From an uncultured Rikenellaceae bacterium (GTDB lineage: Bacteria; Bacteroidota; Bacteroidia; Bacteroidales; VadinHA17), in the NCBI GenBank assembly GCA_964522415.1, contig CAZFVQ010000015.1:12601-76600 (forward strand): 64,000 nt of DNA. Reading direction: 5' to 3'. Below, piece by piece: positions 55,501 to 64,000 of this stretch. The position numbers and the translations under genes were made by a program. Within the stretch, counting starts at the first letter, position 1. Each line of letters begins with the position of its first letter. The notes beneath the pieces are model-generated. The model did no database searches. It was not told where the DNA came from and saw only the letters and a list, made by a program, of their open reading frames with translations.

Positions 55501-56098
55501 CTCCCTCCCTGAATTGCTGCAGAACCAGGGGGTCACCTTTGAATTCCTTTTTTAATTTCTCAACAATTTCTTCTGTATGAAACCCGGGAACCAGTGTGGT
55601 TCTGAACTGATACTGAACTCCGGAAGTTCTTAAAATACTGACTGATTCTGAAATACACTGAATAAGGCTGGGGCTGGAAGATCCGGTAATTTCATAATAC
55701 GCGGAAGGGTTAAGCAATGTCTTGATATCCATAGCAACAAAATCGACAAGTTTCGCAGAGACAAGTTCCCTCAGCATTACCGGATTACTGCCGTTGGTGT
55801 CAAGTTTGATCCTGTAGCCGGAATTCCTGACAAGTTTAATAAATTCAGGCAGGTCCGGATGAACAGTCGGTTCTCCTCCTGAAATAACCACACCATCTAT
55901 CCATTGCTTGCGGATATTCAGGTAAGAAAGTATTTCTTCAGTTTCTATATCTTCTGTTTCATTGAACAAACCGGGAAGGACCAGGGAGGGATTATGACAG
56001 TATCCACACCGGAAATTGCAACCCCGGGTAAAAATCACAGCAGTAATCATTCCCTCCCAGTCGATCAGACTATGTTTAAGAAACCCGCCGATCCGCAT
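55463..56098 (-). CDS. nrdG: Anaerobic ribonucleoside-triphosphate reductase activating protein (radical SAM)
   Basis: CNFRCGYCHNP cluster motif and VVISGGEPT. Its start overlaps the nrdD stop (TAATG). Confidence 0.9.
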   Translation of the reverse strand: MRIGGFLKHSLIDWEGMITAVIFTRGCNFRCGYCHNPSLVLPGLFNETEDIETEEILSYLNIRKQWIDGVVISGGEPTVHPDLPEFIKLVRNSGYRIKLDTNGSNPVMLRELVSAKLVDFVAMDIKTLLNPSAYYEITGSSSPSLIQCISESVSILRTSGVQYQFRTTLVPGFHTEEIVEKLKKEFKGDPLVLQQFREGVTIESLKTASRC

Positions 56099-58302
56099 TA
56101 GCGGGATTTATTTAATTCCGGAATCAGAGATGCCTTTTCAGGGATTTCCTGATTTTCTTTCGTTCCCTGATTTTCCTCCATTCCCGTATTACCGGTGTCC
56201 GGCCTGAACAGCTTCCTGTCTTTAAATTCCTGCTTCTTCCCTTTGTTCCATTGGTTAACCGGCCTCATATACCCGACAATCCTGCTATATACGTCGGTTT
56301 CTGAATTACACTCAGGGCAGCTGAAGTGTTCTCCCGGAATATAGCCATGTGAGGGACAGATGCTGAAAGTAGGAGAGATGGTTATATAAGGAAGGTGAAA
56401 AGTTTTTGTTATTTTCCTGATCAGGTTTTTTGCAGATATGGCCGGCATATTTGTATCCCCGGTAAAAACATGCAGAACCGTACCGCCGGTATATTTCACC
56501 TGCAGATCATCCTGCAACGATAATACTTCATATATATCATCAGAATAACCGACCGGCAAATGAGTTGAGTTTGTGTAATAGGGTGCAGCTCCTTCCTTAT
56601 ATGCCTTCTGGTTTGCAGTGATTATATCAGGATATTGTATTGTGTCAATCCGTGCAAACCTGAATGCAGTGCTTTCAGCCGGAGTAGCTTCGAGATTATA
56701 GATATTGCCGGTTTCTTCCTGAAACTCTTCCAGCACGTTTTTCATAAAATCCATTACCCTGATGGCAAAAGACTTGCTTTCCGGATGACCAATATCTTTT
56801 CCGAGGAAATTAAGACAACATTCGTTCATCCCGTTTATTCCGATAGTTGAAAAGTGGTTTTTCCAATAGCAGTTAAACCTCTTATAAATATCACGCAAGT
56901 AGAATTTTGAATATGGATACAGGCCTTTTTCTGTATAATTTTCAATCGTTTTACGTTTTATCTCGAGACTCTCCCGTGCAAGAGCCATCAGGTTTTTAAG
57001 CTTTTCAAAAAAGTTATTCTCTGAAATAGCTTCGTAGCCAAGTTTTGAAAGATTAATAGTTACCACGCCAACAGAACCGGTAAGAGGATTGGAAGCAAAT
57101 AATCCGCCCCCGCGTTTGATTAATTCTCTTTTATCAAGACGAAGACGGCAACACATGCTTCTTACATCATCAGGTTTCATGTCAGAATTCACAAAATTGG
57201 AAAAATAAGGTATGCCATATTTTGCAGTCATTTCCCAAATTGAATCGTAATCAGAATTATCCCAGTCAAAATCCGGTGTAATATTATAGGTTGGTATTGG
57301 AAAAGAGAACAGACTTCCCGCTGCATCACCTTCGAGCATTACTTCTGCAAAGGCCTTGTTCAGCAGGGTTATTTCGTTTTGAAAACTGCCATATACATCT
57401 TCCTGTATCTCACCTCCCCATACAATCTGTTCCTGTTTAAGAAAATCCGGAACATGAAGATCCATTGTAATATTTGTGAAAGGAGTCTGAAAACCTACTC
57501 TGGTAGGTATGTTCATATTAAAAAGAAATTCCTGGATACATTGTTTAATTTGCTTATAATCAAGATTATCCTTTCTGATATATGGAGCAAGCAAAGTGTC
57601 AAAATTTGAGAAAGCCTGTGCTCCCGCAGCCTCACCCTGCATCGTATAGAAGAAATTCACAATTTGTCCGAGAGCAGTCCTGAAATGTCTTGCCGGCTTT
57701 GTCTGCGTCTTCCCGTTAACACCCCTGAATCCTGACAGAAGCAGGTCCCTCAGATCCCAGCCGACACAATAAACACTCAGAAACCCGAGGTCATGAATAT
57801 GGAAATACCCCTGCTTATGGGCTGAGGAGATATTCTCTGGATAAATCCTGTCAAGCCAGTACTGTGAAGTGATTGTAGTGGAGATATGCTGATTCAGTCC
57901 CTGAAGGGAATATGCTGAATTGGCACTTTCATTGACCCTCCAGTCAGATATACCAAGATAATCGTCAACAACTTCAATGTTGGAAAATAATTCCTGTGCA
58001 TTTCTTACCAGCTCCCTTTGTTTTCTGTAAAGGATATAAGCCTTTGCCAGTTGAAAATCACCATCTTCAAACAATGTCCTTTCAACCTGGTCTTGTACAA
58101 GTTCCACTGTAGGTAATTCCCGGATTTCTAATTCTGACAGTTTTTCCAAAACATCTGCCGATAATCTGTTCGCTTTTGCCCTGTCAGGACGGCCGATGGC
58201 ACGTGTTGCTTTAAAAACAGCATTTTCGATTTTCTCCCGGTTGAAGGATACAACATCGCCGTTACGTTTAATGATTTGTGAAAAAAATAGTTTACCATTC
58301 AT
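56098..58302 (-). CDS. nrdD: Anaerobic ribonucleoside-triphosphate reductase (class III)
   Basis: ATP cone IIKRNGDVVSFNREKIENAV. C-terminal Zn ribbon CPSHGY..CPECNSE. Glycyl-radical motif SRIVGYMRP. The ATG at 58302 is used because the 50 upstream track codons overlap the riboswitch. Confidence 0.9.
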   Translation of the reverse strand: MNGKLFFSQIIKRNGDVVSFNREKIENAVFKATRAIGRPDRAKANRLSADVLEKLSELEIRELPTVELVQDQVERTLFEDGDFQLAKAYILYRKQRELVRNAQELFSNIEVVDDYLGISDWRVNESANSAYSLQGLNQHISTTITSQYWLDRIYPENISSAHKQGYFHIHDLGFLSVYCVGWDLRDLLLSGFRGVNGKTQTKPARHFRTALGQIVNFFYTMQGEAAGAQAFSNFDTLLAPYIRKDNLDYKQIKQCIQEFLFNMNIPTRVGFQTPFTNITMDLHVPDFLKQEQIVWGGEIQEDVYGSFQNEITLLNKAFAEVMLEGDAAGSLFSFPIPTYNITPDFDWDNSDYDSIWEMTAKYGIPYFSNFVNSDMKPDDVRSMCCRLRLDKRELIKRGGGLFASNPLTGSVGVVTINLSKLGYEAISENNFFEKLKNLMALARESLEIKRKTIENYTEKGLYPYSKFYLRDIYKRFNCYWKNHFSTIGINGMNECCLNFLGKDIGHPESKSFAIRVMDFMKNVLEEFQEETGNIYNLEATPAESTAFRFARIDTIQYPDIITANQKAYKEGAAPYYTNSTHLPVGYSDDIYEVLSLQDDLQVKYTGGTVLHVFTGDTNMPAISAKNLIRKITKTFHLPYITISPTFSICPSHGYIPGEHFSCPECNSETDVYSRIVGYMRPVNQWNKGKKQEFKDRKLFRPDTGNTGMEENQGTKENQEIPEKASLIPELNKSR

Positions 58303-58378
58303 GTTAAATGAATTTAAGATTAGTAATGGTAACCTGCGGGGGATTTTAAGGATGCCTGCAAATGGCAGAAATTCACTT

Positions 58379-58562
58379 GCTTTTCGCCCGAAAGCTACGA
58401 AATTTTGCATCGGCAGGTCTTCTGGCTTGTTCTGTTTCAATCGCCTTCCCACTCCTCCGGGAGCAGTGGCGTGATGATTGAACCTTGAAATGGAACTTAC
58501 AGCTACGGGGATAGCTCCGGACTCACACCGGATTCCCTATTAATCTTATAAGAACCGATTGC
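58379..58562 (-). promoter_or_regulatory. Cobalamin (B12) riboswitch upstream of nrdDG
   Basis: The reverse complement reads AATAGGGAATCCGGTGTGAGTCCGGAGCTATCCCCGTAGCTGTAAG..GCCACTG..GGGAAGGC..AGCCAGAAGACCTGCC, followed by TTCGTAGCTTTCGGGCGAAA. That 3' element is the same as in the btuB riboswitch. Confidence 0.8.
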
Positions 58563-58566
58563 AGAA

Positions 58567-58574
58567 CAAAAATA
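58567..58574 (-). promoter_or_regulatory. -7 promoter box TATTTTTG (minus strand)
   Basis: Exact TAnnTTTG match 5 nt upstream of the riboswitch P1 region. Confidence 0.4.
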
Positions 58575-58843
58575 ACCATATAAAGTATCAGATACATTTT
58601 AAATTATCCAGATGAATGAGTAAGTTATTAACACGGCTCTCCTGAAACCGGATGCGGATCCTGCCGGACGGATTGTGCCCGGTTCTTTACATTTCATATG
58701 GAAAGAAAATGAAATTTCAGGTGATCAAAAGGTGAAAGTTTAAAAAAAAAAGTAATATTGCCGTAGTTTCCTGGGGAAGTCTGCAGAAACGCAGATATGC
58801 AGAGACCAGGATAAGTACAAATCACCAGGATTAGAAAATTAAT

Positions 58844-60052
58844 ATGTTCAGCAGAAGAAAATTTCTCAAATCCGGCCTTCTGGCAGCCGGCGGTATAACA
58901 GTATCATCGGGGGTTTCAGGCAGGGAATTCAAAGAAGAAAAGAAAATTATTTACCGTACTCTCGGAAAAACCGGTCTCACAGTTCCGGTAATAGGAATGG
59001 GAGTGATGATAGCAGATAATCCGAATCTTGTGAAAGCAGCAATAGATCAGGGCATCACCTTCTTTGATACTGCACACAGCTATCAGAACGGCAGAAATGA
59101 AGAAATGCTCGGAAGGGTTTTCAGGGATTATCCAAGGGATTCCTTTTATATCTCGACAAAGATCGGACCGGCAGGGGTGAACAGGGCAGTTGGCCTGCCG
59201 ACACGGGAAACAACAGCAAAGGATTTCCTTTCAAAATTTGATCTTAGCCTGAAGAGACTGGGAATGGAATATGTTGACATCCTCTATTTACATCTGGTTA
59301 ATACTCCTGAAATGGTTAATTTCAAACCAATAATCAGGGCCATGCAGCAGCTCAGGAAAGAAGGCAGGGCAAGATTCATCGGAATCTCAACCCATAAACT
59401 GCCAGCTGTGATTGATGCAGTTATAAAAGCCGGACATTGGGATGTTATCGAGACAACCTATAACTTTTTAAATACCGAGTTGATCAGACAGAATGCGGAA
59501 CCACCCGTTCATGGCATGGAGGAAGCCCTGCAAAAGGCAGGTGATGCCGGTCTGGGTGTGGTTGCAATGAAAGCACTGGCAGGCGGGGGTTTCCTTGACA
59601 AGGAAAGGACAAAGCCCATAAATGCATCTGCTGCAATAAAATGGGTATTGTCAAATCCGAATGTGCATGTCGTGATTCCGGGCATGACAACATTTGATCA
59701 TCTGGACACCGATATTAAGCTGCTTGAGGATATTGCCCTGACCGAACAGGAAGAGAAGGATATCTATATTGCCCGGGCAGAAACAGGCCTTTTCTGCAAA
59801 TCGTGCGATAACTGTATCCCGGGTTGCAGGTTTAATCTGCCAATACCGGAAATCATGCGCGCCTACATGTATGCCTACGGATATTCAAATCTTCAGCTGG
59901 CACATACACTGCTCACTGATCTTGCAGTCGGAGACGATCCCTGCAGACTTTGTGACGAATGTACTTCTGCCTGTTCAATGAACTTCAATATACGGGAGAA
60001 GATTACCGACATATCACGACTGGTAAATGTTCCGCCTGACTTCATTGTTTAA
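58844..60052 (+). CDS. Aldo/keto reductase with a Tat signal and a C-terminal Fe-S cysteine cluster domain
   Basis: Leader MFSRRKFLKSGLLAAGG. AKR core FFDTAHSYQNGRNE. Cysteine clusters CKSCDNCIPGC and CRLCDECTSAC. Confidence 0.85.
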   Translation: MFSRRKFLKSGLLAAGGITVSSGVSGREFKEEKKIIYRTLGKTGLTVPVIGMGVMIADNPNLVKAAIDQGITFFDTAHSYQNGRNEEMLGRVFRDYPRDSFYISTKIGPAGVNRAVGLPTRETTAKDFLSKFDLSLKRLGMEYVDILYLHLVNTPEMVNFKPIIRAMQQLRKEGRARFIGISTHKLPAVIDAVIKAGHWDVIETTYNFLNTELIRQNAEPPVHGMEEALQKAGDAGLGVVAMKALAGGGFLDKERTKPINASAAIKWVLSNPNVHVVIPGMTTFDHLDTDIKLLEDIALTEQEEKDIYIARAETGLFCKSCDNCIPGCRFNLPIPEIMRAYMYAYGYSNLQLAHTLLTDLAVGDDPCRLCDECTSACSMNFNIREKITDISRLVNVPPDFIV

Positions 60053-60129
60053 GCGGACCGGGATATCATGATTTCATCCGGAATATATCAGACAGATCCA
60101 TTAACATACAACATAAACAAATTCACGGT

Positions 60130-60882
60130 ATGATCAACTTTACACAGATTTTATTGATAATGCTTCTCAATACCGGTTATTCCTGGTTTTTCCAGCAGCC
60201 GGATCAGCAGAGCAAAGATCGGGAATATGCCTATCCGGTAAAACAGGCAGACAGCCCTCCGGCAATTAATGCAGTCTGGAACAAGAAATTCTGGAACAGG
60301 GCAGATAAGACAAGTCTGAAAAATTATATGGGGGATTATCCGTCACACTTCCCCAAAACCCAGGTAAGAGTGAAATATGATGAGAATTATATTTATGTGA
60401 TTTTTCGTGTAAAGGACAATTATGTCAGAGCCGTAGCCACGAAAACCAACGGGCCGGTGTTTCAGGACAGTTGTGTCGAGTTCTTCTTCACACCCGGTCC
60501 GGATGTAAGCAGAGGCTATTTCAACCTGGAAACAAACTGCAAGGGAGTGTTTCTTTTTCAATATAAGGATAGCAATAATAAACAAGCCTTTGTTGACCTT
60601 GATGATGCCCGGCAGATAGAAATCTCGCATTCCCTGGAAGAGAATGTGGAAAATGAAATAGCAAAGCCACTGACCTGGATCATAGAATACCGCATTCCCT
60701 TTTCTGTTCTTTCAAAGTATATGGAAGTGGATGTCCCCGGACCCGGAGTTCAGTGGAGAGCTAATTTTTACAAATGTGCTGACATGACTTCACATCCACA
60801 CTGGCTCACATGGGCTCCTGTCCATTTTCCCAAACCAAGTTTCCATCGTCCGGAATTCTTTGGATGGCTGAATTTTGAATAA
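60130..60882 (+). CDS. Carbohydrate-binding family 9-like protein (paralog of 37716-38429)
   Basis: DSCVEFFFTP and the C-terminal ANFYKCADMTSHPHWLTWAPVHFPKPSFHRPEFFGWLNF. Confidence 0.7.
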   Translation: MINFTQILLIMLLNTGYSWFFQQPDQQSKDREYAYPVKQADSPPAINAVWNKKFWNRADKTSLKNYMGDYPSHFPKTQVRVKYDENYIYVIFRVKDNYVRAVATKTNGPVFQDSCVEFFFTPGPDVSRGYFNLETNCKGVFLFQYKDSNNKQAFVDLDDARQIEISHSLEENVENEIAKPLTWIIEYRIPFSVLSKYMEVDVPGPGVQWRANFYKCADMTSHPHWLTWAPVHFPKPSFHRPEFFGWLNFE

Positions 60883-61020
60883 ACGGTTTCAGGGAGTATC
60901 CGGGGACTGTCCTGATACGTAAAAGTACCACTGGCAAGGCAGTTAAAATACCTCTTTTAAAGATACGGAGCCCTGCAGACTCAGTCATTTGTATATTTTT
61001 GATTTCCTAAACTGACTGCT

Positions 61021-62313
61021 ATGCTTTCACTCACACTGCTGGCAATCTTCTGCCTTCTTTTCCCCGTATTCCTTATCTGGCTGACAAAAAAGTATTCATT
61101 TTTTAAAAAGATTGGAGCGATTGTACTGGCCTATGCCACCGGAATCCTTATTGCAAATACAGGCATACTGCCGAAGAGCAGTGATGCCTACCAGGAGGCC
61201 ACCATTGGTCAGAACCGCGCATATATCCCGAAGGCTGAGCTCCACGAATTGGCAGAAGCAGGGATACTCTCAAAAAGTGATCTGAGCTACAACGGCATTG
61301 CCATGGTACAGGACAGTATGCAGAGTGCCCTGATACTGCTTGCCATACCGCTGATACTCTTTTCCCTGAATGTCAGAAGATGGCTGAAATTTTCAGGAAA
61401 GGGCTTTCTATCCATGCTTCTGGCCCTGGTATCTGTTATGGCAGTCGTTATCACCGGTTACCTGATCTTCAGGGACAGAGTTGAAGAGGCGGAAAAAATC
61501 GGGGGAATGCTGATCGGCCTTTATACCGGAGGATCAGTAAACCTGGCCTCAATAGCACTGGCTCTGAATGTTGATCCTCATGCCTTTATAATGACCAATA
61601 CCTATGACATGATAATCGGTGCCCTGGTGATATTCTTCTTTATCACTGCCGGACCGGCGTTTTTCAGATTTTTCCTGCCTCCTTTCGAAGCACCTGCTGA
61701 CGGAACGGTTCATAAATCAGATGCTGAGGGAATAAACAGGCAGCTGACTGAAGATTTTGACGACTATTCAGGCATATTCAGCAGAGATGTCTTCATACCG
61801 CTGCTGGGTGCCATCGGACTGTCCCTGGTTATCCTTGTACTGGGACTTGCCGTCAGCTTCCTTATTCCCGGGGTACCAATGACAATATCAGTGATTCTTA
61901 CCATCACCACGCTGGGTGTGGCAGCTTCTTTCATAAGACCGGTGAGGAAAATCAAAAAAACTTATCAGCTGGGAATGTACTTCATTGTGGCCTTTTCCAT
62001 TGTCATCGCCACCAGATGCGACCTGTCAGTTATTTTCCAGGCGAAATACCTTAACCTCCTTTATTTTGTCAGCTATGTGGTTTTTGGTTCCCTGTTTCTG
62101 CATCTCCTGCTTTCATGGATATTCAGGATCCCTGCGGATGACTATATGATTACCACCACCGGATTTGTATATTCGCCACCTTTTGTACCGATGGTGGCCG
62201 CAGCACTGAAAAACAGGGATGTAATCCTTACCGGACTGGCCACCGGCATGATAGGATGGATTATAGGCAACTACATAGGTGTTGCCTTCGGCATGTGGCT
62301 CGACAAACTATAG
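61021..62313 (+). CDS. DUF819-family integral membrane protein
   Basis: About 10-12 TM segments. The N-terminus LFPVFLIWLTKKYSFFKKIGAIVLAYATGILIAN resembles DUF819 proteins. Confidence 0.7.
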   Translation: MLSLTLLAIFCLLFPVFLIWLTKKYSFFKKIGAIVLAYATGILIANTGILPKSSDAYQEATIGQNRAYIPKAELHELAEAGILSKSDLSYNGIAMVQDSMQSALILLAIPLILFSLNVRRWLKFSGKGFLSMLLALVSVMAVVITGYLIFRDRVEEAEKIGGMLIGLYTGGSVNLASIALALNVDPHAFIMTNTYDMIIGALVIFFFITAGPAFFRFFLPPFEAPADGTVHKSDAEGINRQLTEDFDDYSGIFSRDVFIPLLGAIGLSLVILVLGLAVSFLIPGVPMTISVILTITTLGVAASFIRPVRKIKKTYQLGMYFIVAFSIVIATRCDLSVIFQAKYLNLLYFVSYVVFGSLFLHLLLSWIFRIPADDYMITTTGFVYSPPFVPMVAAALKNRDVILTGLATGMIGWIIGNYIGVAFGMWLDKL

Positions 62314-62445
62314 TCAGGGACCGGGAGGACTGACAGGAATACATGTGACCTGACAAACTACAGGCGGAACCGGGAGGATTGACAGGCATACACATGACCT
62401 GACAAACTACAGGCGGAACCGGGGAGGCTTAACATGCATAGGGAA
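62302..62445. repeat. 49-50-bp tandem repeat, about 2.8 copies
   Basis: GACAAACTA starts at 62302, 62352 and 62401. The first copy overlaps the last codons of the DUF819 gene. Confidence 0.85.
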
Positions 62446-62488
62446 TTATTATTAAATTGAGTTTGTGTATATATTTTAACCTGCCTCT

Positions 62489-64000
62489 ATGAAAATAACC
62501 CGAACCTTCGATTTGCTGGAACGATATGCTTCCTTGCCCGATAAAGAAGATGCACTTTGCCATAAACAGGCAGGACAATGGAAAAAATACAGTTCGCGTG
62601 AATACTGCGAACTAACCCGGAATCTCAGCTACGGACTTCACGGACTGGGGCTCCGCAAGGGAGACATGGTGATTACAGTGTCGTCAAACCGCCCGGAATG
62701 GAACTTTGCCGATCTTGCCATGGCAATGCTGGGGATAATACATGTACCTGTCTTTCCCTCACTCACTACATCGGAATATGAGTATATCATCAGGAACTGC
62801 AGGGCAAAGGCAGTGTTTGTATCCGACGCAAAGCTCCTGAAGCTTGTAAGACCTGCTGCCATTGCCGCTGACAGTTCCATGCACATCTTTACCTTCGACA
62901 GGATTGAGGGAAGCCGGCACTGGCTCGGGCTGGCCGAAGACGGAAGCAAGTCTTCCGAAGAAACCCGCAATACCGTACACTCCATAAGCAGGAGCATACA
63001 GCCCGGTGACTGTGCCGTTCTCATATACACCTCAGGTACTACGGGCAAACCCAAAGGGGTGATGCTTTCGCACCGCAACCTGGTAGGCAACTTCCTGGCC
63101 GCCGCTGAGGTGTTCGGACTGAAACCGGAAGACAAATTCATGAGTATCCTTCCTTTGTGCCATGTGGGCGGACGCATGGGCAACTACCAGACACAATACA
63201 GCAATACCAGTATCTACTATGTTGAAAATATGGGTGCAATTTCTGCCAACATGCAGGAGATAAAACCTGACGGTTTCGATGCCGTACCCCGTATTCTCGA
63301 GAAATTCTATAATGGAATCATATCCAGGGGCAAACAGCTGACAGGCATCAAAAAGAAATTCTTCTTCGCTGCAGTCAGGCTGGGCGACAACTACAAACCC
63401 TTCGGCGAAAACGGATGGTTCTATGAATTGAAACTGGCCCTGGCTGACAAACTTGTTTTCAGTAAATGGAGAGCCGCTCTGGGCAACAGGGTACGCCTTG
63501 TGGGCTGCGGGGGAGCAAGCCTTTCTCCAAAGCTGGAAAGGATATTCTGGGCTGCCGGCATTAAGATCATCAATATGTACGGCCTTACGGAAACATCGCC
63601 CATTATTACAATAAACCGTCAGCACAAGGGTGCCCTGAAACTCGGATCAGTAGGATCCGTCATTGAAGGTGTAGATGTTAAAATAGCCGGGGATGGCGAG
63701 ATATTATGCAAGGGACACAATGTAATGCTCGGATATTACAATGATCCTGATCTCACGGCATCTGCCTTTGATGAGGAAGGCTGGTTCCGTACCGGAGATA
63801 TCGGACATATTTCCGGAGGCCGTTTCCTGATGGTCACCGACAGGAAAAAAGAAATATTCAAGCTTTCCAGCGGCAAGTTCATCGCACCCCAGCTTATCGA
63901 GAACGTTTTCAAGGAATCACCAATGATCGATCAGATAATGATTGTGGGAGAACATGAAAAATTCGTCAGCGCACTGATATCCCCCGACCTGAGATATTTT
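62489..64000 (+). CDS. AMP-dependent synthetase / long-chain fatty-acid-CoA ligase (3' end outside the window)
   Basis: Absent from the track because there is no stop in the window. The ATG at 62489 opens a frame that runs to 64000, with YTSGTTGKPKGVMLSHRN and GWFRTGDIG. Confidence 0.85.
   Translation, partial: MKITRTFDLLERYASLPDKEDALCHKQAGQWKKYSSREYCELTRNLSYGLHGLGLRKGDMVITVSSNRPEWNFADLAMAMLGIIHVPVFPSLTTSEYEYIIRNCRAKAVFVSDAKLLKLVRPAAIAADSSMHIFTFDRIEGSRHWLGLAEDGSKSSEETRNTVHSISRSIQPGDCAVLIYTSGTTGKPKGVMLSHRNLVGNFLAAAEVFGLKPEDKFMSILPLCHVGGRMGNYQTQYSNTSIYYVENMGAISANMQEIKPDGFDAVPRILEKFYNGIISRGKQLTGIKKKFFFAAVRLGDNYKPFGENGWFYELKLALADKLVFSKWRAALGNRVRLVGCGGASLSPKLERIFWAAGIKIINMYGLTETSPIITINRQHKGALKLGSVGSVIEGVDVKIAGDGEILCKGHNVMLGYYNDPDLTASAFDEEGWFRTGDIGHISGGRFLMVTDRKKEIFKLSSGKFIAPQLIENVFKESPMIDQIMIVGEHEKFVSALISPDLRYF

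Noticed and set aside
58303-58452. 50-codon N-terminal extension of nrdD in the ORF track.
   Set aside because: The extension is the open reverse frame of the cobalamin riboswitch. The ATP-cone sequence begins right after the Met at 58302.

Overview
This 64-kb window reads as chromosomal DNA from an anaerobic member of the Bacteroidota. Supporting signs are a T9SS C-terminal sorting domain, exact TAnnTTTG -7 promoter boxes, many lipoproteins, glycan-degrading genes and nrdDG. All calls come from reading the supplied translations and the DNA by eye; no database search was run, so family names are recognition-based. Layout from left to right follows. (1) 1-2.4 kb holds a small addiction-module islet: a DUF4411-like gene cut by the window edge, an XRE-ImmA/IrrE peptidase, a short XRE-like ORF and hicAB. 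(2) 2.6-11.8 kb holds a lipoprotein, a thioester-containing alpha-2-macroglobulin and PBP1C. (3) 12-17 kb holds a lipid kinase, a PIG-L deacetylase and blaI with a blaR1-TonB fusion, preceded by palindromic operators. (4) 17.5-30 kb holds glycan genes (DUF1080, two large unknown secreted proteins, a TIM-barrel isomerase, GH92, GH29) and tRNA-Val. (5) 30.7-41.2 kb is a long minus-strand array: ispD, an acyl-CoA ligase and a compact ROK / SIS / PIG-L / PPi-PFK / CBM9-like / ROK amino-sugar-type cluster. (6) 41.4-45.3 kb holds lgt, a TetR regulator, a class II aldolase, a truncated MTA phosphorylase and a porin. (7) 45.3-51.7 kb is a decay and insertion hotspot. It contains an MFS remnant, a deleted tRNA copy next to an intact tRNA-Met(CAT), a 1030-aa BspA/T9SS surface protein, and an AT-rich three-gene cassette flanked by direct repeats. 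The cassette encodes a TIGR04255-like protein plus two orphan proteins and is my best candidate for an uncharacterised system. (8) 52-58.6 kb holds two cobalamin riboswitches heading convergent operons: a btuB-type receptor with a propeller lipoprotein, and nrdDG. (9) 58.8-64 kb holds an aldo/keto reductase, a CBM9-like paralog, a DUF819 permease and a partial acyl-CoA ligase. Five unrelated intergenic tandem minisatellites (28-50 bp units) are scattered through the window. I found no CRISPR array, rRNA or intact transposase or integrase.
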